64,000 nt of DNA, taken from IMG/VR virus record IMGVR_UViG_3300037042_007115; one strand, given 5' to 3'. Origin of the DNA: a virus. Lineage: Duplodnaviria > Heunggongvirae > Uroviricota > Caudoviricetes. The stretch's first letter is position 1, and each line of letters starts with the position of its first letter. Shown piece by piece: positions 29,567 to 37,350 of the stretch. The position numbers were made by a program, and so were the translations under genes. The notes beneath the pieces were generated by a model. It did no database searches and was not told where the DNA came from. It saw nothing but the letters and a program-made list of their open reading frames with translations.

Positions 29567-30519
29567 GGGCTACTCCTAGCGGGCTCTGGGATAGAATTAG
29601 ATAGTAAATCTAACTCTTGTGGGTCTGATGATTCTGCAATTTCGGGCATATTAAGCCGTACTTTTATTTCAGCCCACTGCTCCTCGCAGTAGAATGATTG
29701 ACCGTTGTAGACATCGGTTAAAATATCTTCTAATAGCGTCTCCCAGAATTCTCTATCACCATTTGTCATACCATGGTGGCTGTCACACAGTGGAGCAAAC
29801 ATGCGTGGGCTGGTCTCATTGCATAGTGACCGCTTATCATAATGTACGTGATGAACATTAAGCAGCCCCTTCTGAGGATACATCTCCCCACCCTCATATA
29901 AGCAAAGGACACATTTATGTTCAAAGAAATGGCGCACATTTCTCCGGAACTCCCGGGTGAATTTATGACAGTATGGCTCAAAAGATAAGCCCCCCTTCCA
30001 AGCATTGGATAGGGGCCCTATTCGCTGGGAGCATTTTGCACGGAACTCTGGGTTATCCAAAGCTTTTTTCATTATAGCGGAGTGTTGTGCCCTAGCTTCT
30101 GGCATAGAATAATATTTCAGATTAGCTATGTGGCGACGTTCTTGAAAGGCGGGGTCTTCCCAGGCCCTCTTAGCACAGGCTCTGGCAGAGGAAATAAATT
30201 CTTCAGATTTATAGGTTTCCTTTCTTGGGTCATCTGGATTTTCCGCCCAGAACTGCTTGCCTCCAGCACAAGTGGCCTGGCGGAATTCCGCTGTGGTGCG
30301 GTATTCAAATTGTTGCTCTAGTTCTGTAGTATCTAACCCTAGGGCTTTCCACCGCTTAATTTTCTTTCGTATAGCTCTCCGTTGCTGCTTCTCTTCCTCT
30401 GTTTGGTATTCACTAAACCCGGCGTTTGGGGGTCGAATACGAAATACCCTTGCCACTTTAACTTCTATTTGTTCCATGGTAAGTTTCCCTCTGAGTAACT
30501 CTTGTATTTCTAAGCCCAA
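29563..30519 (-). CDS. HNH homing-type endonuclease with N-terminal helical repeats
   Basis: YCHKF..KCVLC..LNVHHVHYDK..LCDSHHGMTN. Confidence 0.85.
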   Translation of the reverse strand: MGLEIQELLRGKLTMEQIEVKVARVFRIRPPNAGFSEYQTEEEKQQRRAIRKKIKRWKALGLDTTELEQQFEYRTTAEFRQATCAGGKQFWAENPDDPRKETYKSEEFISSARACAKRAWEDPAFQERRHIANLKYYSMPEARAQHSAIMKKALDNPEFRAKCSQRIGPLSNAWKGGLSFEPYCHKFTREFRRNVRHFFEHKCVLCLYEGGEMYPQKGLLNVHHVHYDKRSLCNETSPRMFAPLCDSHHGMTNGDREFWETLLEDILTDVYNGQSFYCEEQWAEIKVRLNMPEIAESSDPQELDLLSNSIPEPARSSP

Positions 30520-31367
30520 CCTAGCGCTTTAAAGACAAACACCATGCCACCAAGGACTAACACAAAACCAAACGCGTACATAAGTATCTGGGACTGCTGT
30601 AAACTACCTTCCCGCCTGACTGCTGTTTCTATGATGGTTTTTGCTTGCATGAAGTTCTTGCTCGTAAAACCCATGAGATTATCCCAAGATCTAATGAGGG
30701 TTTGGAATGAGAAAGGTACGGGCCTGAAATAAGGCACAAGTTGCTCAAACTCATCCCGGTGAGTCTGCAAGAATTGTACTGTATCCCGGACTCGCTGTTT
30801 AGTTTCCGTATCATCCAGACGAATACTAGCAAGTACCTCATTTAGAGTACGCTTCTTCATAATGGAAGAGCCATCTTCCTGGATTTCTTCATATTCTTTC
30901 TCAGCCTCTGAGAGAACATAGAAGAATAAATCTTGCATCCCATCAATGGGGTAACCAGAGTTCTTTAAAAATGCTTCAACCTGGGACATGATTGCAGCAA
31001 TCTTATGGTTAACTGTCTCAGGAACATTGGACAGAACATGGTAAAGTGTTATATCCCCATTGAGTCTTTCATAGTTCTGACCGGATGAATCCCAAAACTT
31101 ATAGACACCATCAGCCTTAAAGTAGTTTGCTATATCTTCTACCTTGGCTTCCAGTTCTGGGAATACCAACCGGGTAATGTTATTCGGATAGTGGTACATG
31201 ATGACTGGGATCTTCTTGTCTCGTGCCTGCATTAAAACAAAGGCTTCTGGGACAGTCCGCTTCAACTTCATGTAAAAAACTACTACTCCCATCACAACAA
31301 AACCAAGGACCATAATAAGGCCCCAGAAAATATTAGAATCGATAATCATTGATGCCATTTTATTCAC
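30510..31367 (-). CDS. 285-aa membrane protein (N- and C-terminal TM)
   Basis: GGTGA SD; hydrophobic termini. Confidence 0.8.
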   Translation of the reverse strand: MNKMASMIIDSNIFWGLIMVLGFVVMGVVVFYMKLKRTVPEAFVLMQARDKKIPVIMYHYPNNITRLVFPELEAKVEDIANYFKADGVYKFWDSSGQNYERLNGDITLYHVLSNVPETVNHKIAAIMSQVEAFLKNSGYPIDGMQDLFFYVLSEAEKEYEEIQEDGSSIMKKRTLNEVLASIRLDDTETKQRVRDTVQFLQTHRDEFEQLVPYFRPVPFSFQTLIRSWDNLMGFTSKNFMQAKTIIETAVRREGSLQQSQILMYAFGFVLVLGGMVFVFKALGWA

Positions 31368-31510
31368 CTTTCCTAAATAATTTATATTTTGGTATTTGAC
31401 TTAGTTCCCAATAATATTTGAGATAAGAGTATCCAGCAGATAATGCTGACAGACACACTGAGACGAGACCACTCACTAGTAAATAAATATCTATGATCTG
31501 GGAGGGCAAT

Positions 31511-32014
31511 TTAATTCCTCCCCATAATGTTCATTCTTTGCCACATACTTTGTTGAGCTGTTTGGTCAGTTTCTTGGGGAGAATTACCATCTAGAGTTTC
31601 ATTAGTCTGAGTGGAGATTCTTCTCATATGGAATCCACCGGTGGCCCGATAGAGCTGGTTCAAAAAGTTCAGATCAATAATATCTAAGACATGAGTAAAA
31701 GAATCATTCATGTCATATAAGGTAAGACCTAAAGGTAGTTCCACCCGGAGCACATTGTATTTGTCAACCAGGCGATCAAAATCACGGTTACTTCTGATGT
31801 TACTCACTACCATACCCATGTTAATTACTCCCCGGTAGTATATCCTGAGCTTATGCATAGCGCGGGGGGTAAGAGGGTTCTGACGAAGAAAAAAATCTAA
31901 ATCTTTACGTAGCGAAAGATCCGTGATGTCTCTCACTAAGTTTACGAACTCATTATCGGTGACAATCTTATCCACATCTGGATAGTCAAGACCCCCGGTT
32001 ATAGTCTGTCCCAC
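31511..32014 (-). CDS. Hypothetical protein (167 aa, GTG start)
   Basis: AGGAG SD; TATA-like TTTAAATA upstream. Confidence 0.75.
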   Translation of the reverse strand: MGQTITGGLDYPDVDKIVTDNEFVNLVRDITDLSLRKDLDFFLRQNPLTPRAMHKLRIYYRGVINMGMVVSNIRSNRDFDRLVDKYNVLRVELPLGLTLYDMNDSFTHVLDIIDLNFLNQLYRATGGFHMRRISTQTNETLDGNSPQETDQTAQQSMWQRMNIMGRN

Positions 32015-32175
32015 AGTAGTAACTCCTAAACAAATATATATATATTTAGTGGTTCTTAACTATTTAAATGTACTGGGAGTAGCAATGGTATTAAACACTA
32101 ATTTGAGGTCTAAATGCAAAACTAAAGCATTTAAGCTGTAGTAAGAAGAAAGATAGAAGAAGTTAAAGAGATTAT

Positions 32176-32195
32176 GAGGTGGGTTTCCCCACCTC
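32176..32195 (-). terminator. Hairpin downstream of the capsid-like gene
   Basis: Perfect 8-bp stem GAGGTGGG/CCCACCTC, GAAA loop on the minus strand, followed by a pyrimidine-rich tract. Confidence 0.6.
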
Positions 32196-32234
32196 TGTAT
32201 TCATCAACGATACCCACCCGGTTACAGGGTGAAA

Positions 32235-32555
32235 TTACTGCCCAGACTGCATGATGTTAGTAAAGCCAAAGACATATGCAATGGCAATACCACCAACCGC
32301 GGCTAAAATCAGCATGGGGAGCCACCCAAAAGCACTGTCAATTGACGTTGCAAGAGTCGTCGCGGTCTTGTTAAACTGTGCATCTGGCGCAAATTTAACA
32401 GTGTCCATTGCCTGTTGGGCAAGCCCAAGCCCAACAACACCGACGAGAAGGATGACTACGAATGAAATAACCAAACGTGGAAGTTCCTCTAAAATCCCGA
32501 TCACCTCTGATAAGTAAACTAAGATGGAACCTACAAACATATAAAAGTAACCCAA
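32235..32555 (-). CDS. Putative major capsid protein, spindle-shaped-virus (SSV1 VP1/His1-like) two-helix type; start uncertain (32555, 32540 or ATT at 32495)
   Basis: Two long hydrophobic helices joined by a polar loop (..AQFNKTATTLATSIDSAFGWLPMLILAAVGGIAIAYVFGF); own terminator; very strong SD; virion-module context. Confidence 0.65.
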   Translation of the reverse strand: MGYFYMFVGSILVYLSEVIGILEELPRLVISFVVILLVGVVGLGLAQQAMDTVKFAPDAQFNKTATTLATSIDSAFGWLPMLILAAVGGIAIAYVFGFTNIMQSGQ

Positions 32556-32674
32556 ACTAAGACCAGATTGAGCTCTAAATGCAAAACAGAGACTAAACTG
32601 GAGTTATTTCTTTTAAAATACTGAAGATAAAGTCTTTCTGAGTGTAAGAAAAAAAGATAGCTTGATAGCCGTTT

Positions 32675-33763
32675 TTAAGACCCGAGCATCCGTGAGGTAA
32701 TAATATTTTCCTGGGCATAATGTAATGGATTATAGGGTTTATATGTGGGCTCTAGGGGGCCTAGCTTGTACCTTAGTGTGGGCACTATGTATTCAGAAAT
32801 TAAGGGTAAAAACTTCTGTGCGTCTATACGGGGTAAACGGATAAGGTTTTGATTAGTTACATGGCTAGATTCTAATCCAAAAGAAGCAATCAATATGGAA
32901 CAAAGTTTCTGGTTATCTTTTTGAGTAAAACCCTGGCTGCAAAAATGAACAGTATTTTGTATTTTATTAAAACTACCGTCGCCCATATACCACCAAGCTA
33001 AAACTTGAGCATCAATTTTTGATAGAATTTCATCTGGAACAATCTTTTTACCTTCAGGGTACCATAATTTCCGTGCTAAATGATCGCAAGGCAAAATAGG
33101 TGCTGACATATGATAATGCAAAACATGCAACCCATATCTCTTCCTATGAAAATTAGTTGCTGCACATTTAATTCTTTTTAGTGGCCCGGCAGCTTTCCAC
33201 CTTATACTTTCTTTCCAAGCATAGATGGGCTCATGCATTTTAGCTAACACTTCTACTAATTCTTTCTGTGCTCGGCAATGACCTTCTCGGAATCTACCTT
33301 TTACGGTATAAAGCCCGTCACCCAATAAAGATCCAATTCTAACTTTTTCTAATCGTGACCCCGGCATGATAACTGGATAGTCCTCCCCTAGAACGGGGGG
33401 GTGGAATGAGGAACGAAACCCATTAGAAATACCTCCCTGCCAGTTAGGGTGCTTTTCTCCCGCGATAGAATTACTAATATTCTTTTTATGGTCACCAGAA
33501 AGCTTTTTCCCCGCCCAATACCCCTGGATGCCAAAGCGGACATTTTTCTCTCCGAGAAGAGCCTCAGACATCAACTTTTTAGACTCTTCTGTATGCTTAT
33601 GTCCTAACATAGGGGGATTGGCACTCAAAGACTTACTTTGATTATCCCGCCTCTCTTTTGACACCATATATCCGGGCCAAATTTCACCCGGGTGGTTTTT
33701 CTCCCAGCGCCGTTTTTGATAACGCTGCTTATATTCGTCAGTGCGTTCTACCATAGAATTCAT
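32675..33763 (-). CDS. LAGLIDADG homing endonuclease with N-terminal NUMOD3-like motifs
   Basis: IGSLLGDG and LAWWYMGDGS motifs; GHKHTEESKKLMSEA and GKKLSGDHKKNISNS. Confidence 0.85.
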   Translation of the reverse strand: MNSMVERTDEYKQRYQKRRWEKNHPGEIWPGYMVSKERRDNQSKSLSANPPMLGHKHTEESKKLMSEALLGEKNVRFGIQGYWAGKKLSGDHKKNISNSIAGEKHPNWQGGISNGFRSSFHPPVLGEDYPVIMPGSRLEKVRIGSLLGDGLYTVKGRFREGHCRAQKELVEVLAKMHEPIYAWKESIRWKAAGPLKRIKCAATNFHRKRYGLHVLHYHMSAPILPCDHLARKLWYPEGKKIVPDEILSKIDAQVLAWWYMGDGSFNKIQNTVHFCSQGFTQKDNQKLCSILIASFGLESSHVTNQNLIRLPRIDAQKFLPLISEYIVPTLRYKLGPLEPTYKPYNPLHYAQENIITSRMLGS

Positions 33764-33874
33764 TTAGGCGTAATACTATATCAACGAAACCTAAGGGCAA
33801 TTAAATTACTTTTGTGAACTAAGGCGACATGTTTAGAAGTACTAAGCATTAAATTTAACTAAAAAGAAGTTTGC

Positions 33875-33904
33875 CTGCTCAGAGCACGAACCACCTCTGA
33901 GCAG
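33875..33904 (-). terminator. Perfect 10-bp hairpin followed by a U-rich tract
   Basis: CTGCTCAGAG/CTCTGAGCAG right after the 33906 stop. Confidence 0.55.
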
Positions 33905-33905
33905 A

Positions 33906-34157
33906 CTATAAGGACAGAATGAACAAGAATCGACAACTAGAACAACTGACCAGAATGACAGGACGAACAGAATACCAAACAAACCCCGGGCGACGAACTC
34001 CGGAAGAATCAAATTCTTGAAAGAGGTTCATAAATGCGGTACACAATAACCAGAAGACCTGGCTAAAGTTCATGCTAGGAATCCCATTTCTGAAGAGAAG
34101 CCGAGCAAGGCAAGAATCAAGTATAACACCAGTTGATGGGTTGAACGTTGAATTCAT
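33906..34157 (-). CDS. Uncertain 83-aa ORF (possibly leaderless, or an ncRNA)
   Basis: TTTAAATA about 26 nt upstream of ATG; sense strand unusually U-rich and A-poor. Confidence 0.35.
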   Translation of the reverse strand: MNSTFNPSTGVILDSCLARLLFRNGIPSMNFSQVFWLLCTAFMNLFQEFDSSGVRRPGFVWYSVRPVILVSCSSCRFLFILSL

Positions 34158-34219
34158 GCAAAATAATATGCGATCTTAAAATATTTAAAGTTACCTAAAC
34201 TTACTGAGACAAAAAGAAT

Positions 34220-35194
34220 TTATTTCTTAAAGAATTTAGACCCGGCAACTGTACTACCTCTGGGGGTGAAGGTAGACTTAAATGGCACTACTGGCTTGGG
34301 TACTGCTTTCTTACTGGACTTCTCTTCAAGCTTCACTGACTCCTCTACTTCTACCTCTACCTCAGCAGCTTTTACTTCAACCTTTACTGGCTTTGGTAGG
34401 GGCTTAGGTACAGGCATAGGTAGGGGCTTAGGTACTGGCTTAGGTACTGGCTTAGGTATTGGCTCTGGTTCTGGGTCAGCTTCTGGTTCTGGATCAGCTT
34501 CTGGCTCTGGTTCAGGCTTAGGTGGAAGTTTAGGCTCTTTCTTAGTACCCATTGCTTTTAATTTCTGAACAACCCCGGGATTAAACTCAGGTTCTGATTC
34601 TGGCTCTAGCCCGGGCTGGGGCTCTGACTCAGGCACACTTGCACGTGCGACCTTGAGCGGAACCGTCTCTTCCAAAGGTTCTTGTGCTAAGGAGTCTTCT
34701 GAATCATATCCTGAGATAGCAGCGTGGACAACATTTTCATCCTCAAATGGATTTGAATCTATTAGGTCATGTGGGGCGGGGTCTGGCATGATATCCCAGG
34801 GTTCTGGATTGTTAGGAATATGTGTCTCTACCTCTTTCAATATCTCAGCTACCCCAGAGTTATTAGCTATCTCTGAATCACTGAACCCAGAGGTACGCGC
34901 GAGGGTAACGCGTAAAGCTTGCAAGTATGCTGCTTCTGTCCACACCATGCTGTACTCATTCAATACCATAAGAGTAGCAGCACCAAACATTATAATACCC
35001 ACTGCACCCATATAGTAGTTCGCACTTAACTGTGCAGACCAAGTAACAATTCCTGCAATAAAACAAACCCCGCACAACAACATAACTGTACTAAATCTGT
35101 TGCCTTTACTGCGGGCTTTAATTTCAGTGACAGCTTTCCCCTTAACCAAAGATTTGGTTTTACCTGATAATCTTTTTAATATTGACAGTGCCAT
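34220..35194 (-). CDS. 324-aa membrane protein with PEPEAD/PKPV low-complexity tail
   Basis: Two TM helices then Pro/Glu/Lys repeats. Confidence 0.8.
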   Translation of the reverse strand: MALSILKRLSGKTKSLVKGKAVTEIKARSKGNRFSTVMLLCGVCFIAGIVTWSAQLSANYYMGAVGIIMFGAATLMVLNEYSMVWTEAAYLQALRVTLARTSGFSDSEIANNSGVAEILKEVETHIPNNPEPWDIMPDPAPHDLIDSNPFEDENVVHAAISGYDSEDSLAQEPLEETVPLKVARASVPESEPQPGLEPESEPEFNPGVVQKLKAMGTKKEPKLPPKPEPEPEADPEPEADPEPEPIPKPVPKPVPKPLPMPVPKPLPKPVKVEVKAAEVEVEVEESVKLEEKSSKKAVPKPVVPFKSTFTPRGSTVAGSKFFKK

Positions 35195-35821
35195 AAAAAT
35201 CCTCGACTTTGAAAAATCTAAACATAACAGTTTATATACAAATTAGATGTACACCTATTTAATATTTCGGGATCACTTGAAGACCAACTCCCTGAGTCTT
35301 AACAAAAGATCTTAATAGTCTTAATGGTCTTAACACAGTACCGACAGAACACAGGTATAATATTATCAATAAGCATTATCAACTCTACAACTATAAACCA
35401 TTAATACAGTATATCATCCAATATATTATACAATAGTAATAGAGTAGTGGGCCGGGGTACATCTTCTTATTATACTACAAAAGAGAGAGGGGGCATATAA
35501 TATACCGGGCCGGCTACATCTTTAATTTTGCCACAAAGGAGAAGGGGAGAAGAATCCTATTCATCTACCTCCACCACCACTCCACCAGAGAAGAAGAGAA
35601 GGGAGAGAGTAAGATATACTATCTGTCTCGGGGAGAGGAGAAGGAAGACGGCGGCAAGGGGGAGAAGGGCAAGAGTAGAATCCATCAGTCTTGAGAGTGA
35701 GAGATATGAAGATAGTCTCTTAGTGTTATACTATGTAAGTATATAGGTAGGGTATGTGAGGAAAGAATAAATAGATCAGAACATAATTATAAATGTATGG
35801 AATACTTAGGGGGATAAAATT

Positions 35822-36409
35822 TTGGGCTACCCGAAATATAAGAAGGCTCCAGCCTTACCTATAGATTTAAAGGCAATAGCCTCGGAGCTCGTCTGCAGAT
35901 ACTGTGGTCGAGGGTTTTCATCTGTTGCACAGCTGCGCGGCCATATAGGTCAATGTGGGAAGAGGGGAGCATTCCTAAAAAAGCTTGACCGAGGGGTCAT
36001 AGTAATAGTACACCGTAAGTACTTCCATATTATGCCTAAGTCTCTTGCGGCGCTGCAGCACATAGAAAAATTTCTGGCTTTGTATAAAGAAAGGAATGGT
36101 AGACCGGATCTTTGGGAGAAAGATATCAATACGTTTTTAGGTGCCCTGACAGCTTTACACATGGAGAAGAAATTAAGCTTCGAGATGGTAGAAAAAGAAG
36201 AGGCGATGAAGCTATCACACGTTGTGGCGGAAGTTTACACCGATGGTAGTCTCCAAGATAGCCCGGTAACAGCTCCGCCAGTGGAAATAATAGTGGCGGA
36301 GGTGCCTATAGAAGCTGAGGAAGTACAGCCCCAGATAAAGAAACCACTCGTCGATGTTATTAAAGAGAAGAAAAGAAAAGCTAAGAAGAAACTAAGTGAG
36401 ATTAAATAA
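35822..36409 (+). CDS. C2H2-type zinc-finger protein (TTG start)
   Basis: CRYCGRGFSSVAQLRGHIGQC. Confidence 0.75.
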   Translation: MGYPKYKKAPALPIDLKAIASELVCRYCGRGFSSVAQLRGHIGQCGKRGAFLKKLDRGVIVIVHRKYFHIMPKSLAALQHIEKFLALYKERNGRPDLWEKDINTFLGALTALHMEKKLSFEMVEKEEAMKLSHVVAEVYTDGSLQDSPVTAPPVEIIVAEVPIEAEEVQPQIKKPLVDVIKEKKRKAKKKLSEIK

Positions 36410-37019
36410 ACCCCTCTCCGCCAAATCTCTTTATTATATCAAAATACCTATTTGGGCCTGGCGACCGATAAGCTACAACTGAGCGGTCGAACCTTTCACG
36501 AATCCACCATTGCATGTGGCTATCCACCTTCTCCAGTACCTTGCCCATGTCATTAGAAATACTATAGTCATATGAAACTATAGAGTAGTGGGGTCGCAAG
36601 GAAGACATGAGAGCAACATAAGAATCCATCAGTTTTTTATAATTCTCAATAACTCCAGCCATCTGATCGCGATCATTCCATTTCTGGACTATCTCAGCAG
36701 AGGGGTTGCAGAAAATAATAAGTGGATGCACTTCGCAACGGAACCTCTCCTGTAATTTTAAACCCAGGGGAGACTCATTAAAGATATTGCGATTACGTAA
36801 AGCCGGGCCATAGATAGCTTCTGAGATTAAGGGAAACCGATCATAGATAATAGGTATTCCTCTATCCTTATTGAAAGCCTCTATTACCCAAGAGATTACT
36901 GTATCGTAGTCTTTAGGCCCCGGGGAATGGATACCCTCAAGGCCATACTCTTCGCAGAGGCCGGTTAGAAGGCAACTCTTCCCGGTATTGTCCATTCCCT
37001 CAATAACAATCATATACAA
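36402..37019 (-). CDS. Nucleoside monophosphate (dTMP-like) kinase
   Basis: IVIEGMDNTGKS P-loop; IIYDRF..SEAIYG. Confidence 0.8.
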   Translation of the reverse strand: MYMIVIEGMDNTGKSCLLTGLCEEYGLEGIHSPGPKDYDTVISWVIEAFNKDRGIPIIYDRFPLISEAIYGPALRNRNIFNESPLGLKLQERFRCEVHPLIIFCNPSAEIVQKWNDRDQMAGVIENYKKLMDSYVALMSSLRPHYSIVSYDYSISNDMGKVLEKVDSHMQWWIRERFDRSVVAYRSPGPNRYFDIIKRFGGEGFI

Positions 37020-37144
37020 TAGTATAGGTTCCCGGGGCTAATAAAAGTATACCTGTGAGATAATGATGACCCGCCAATTAAATTTAAATTAAAGGGAACC
37101 TTAAATAAGAGATAAATCCTATATAAACTATTCAGGTGAACGAT

Positions 37145-37336
37145 ATGACAGAGCAGAAGGACTACTACACTATCAAGGAAACTGCTATCATGCTGGGAGT
37201 TACTCAGCAGAAAGTCTTCAACTTATTACGATCAGAACCCCCTACCTTCCCGGACGCTACACGCATTGGCTGGCAATGGGCCATCCCAAGAGAGAATATT
37301 GAAACATACCAGAAAAGTATAGAAATTACAACCTAG
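37145..37336 (+). CDS. Excisionase/MerR-like HTH DNA-binding protein
   Basis: YYTIKETAIMLGVTQQKVFNLLRS..ATRIGWQWAIPRENIE. Confidence 0.8.
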   Translation: MTEQKDYYTIKETAIMLGVTQQKVFNLLRSEPPTFPDATRIGWQWAIPRENIETYQKSIEITT

Positions 37337-37350
37337 GTACCGGTGATATA

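Noticed and set aside
32556-33870. LAGLIDADG ORF as an archaeal or group I intron, or an intein
   Set aside because: No interrupted host gene, no flanking complementary exon-intron helix and no intein splicing residues were visible.
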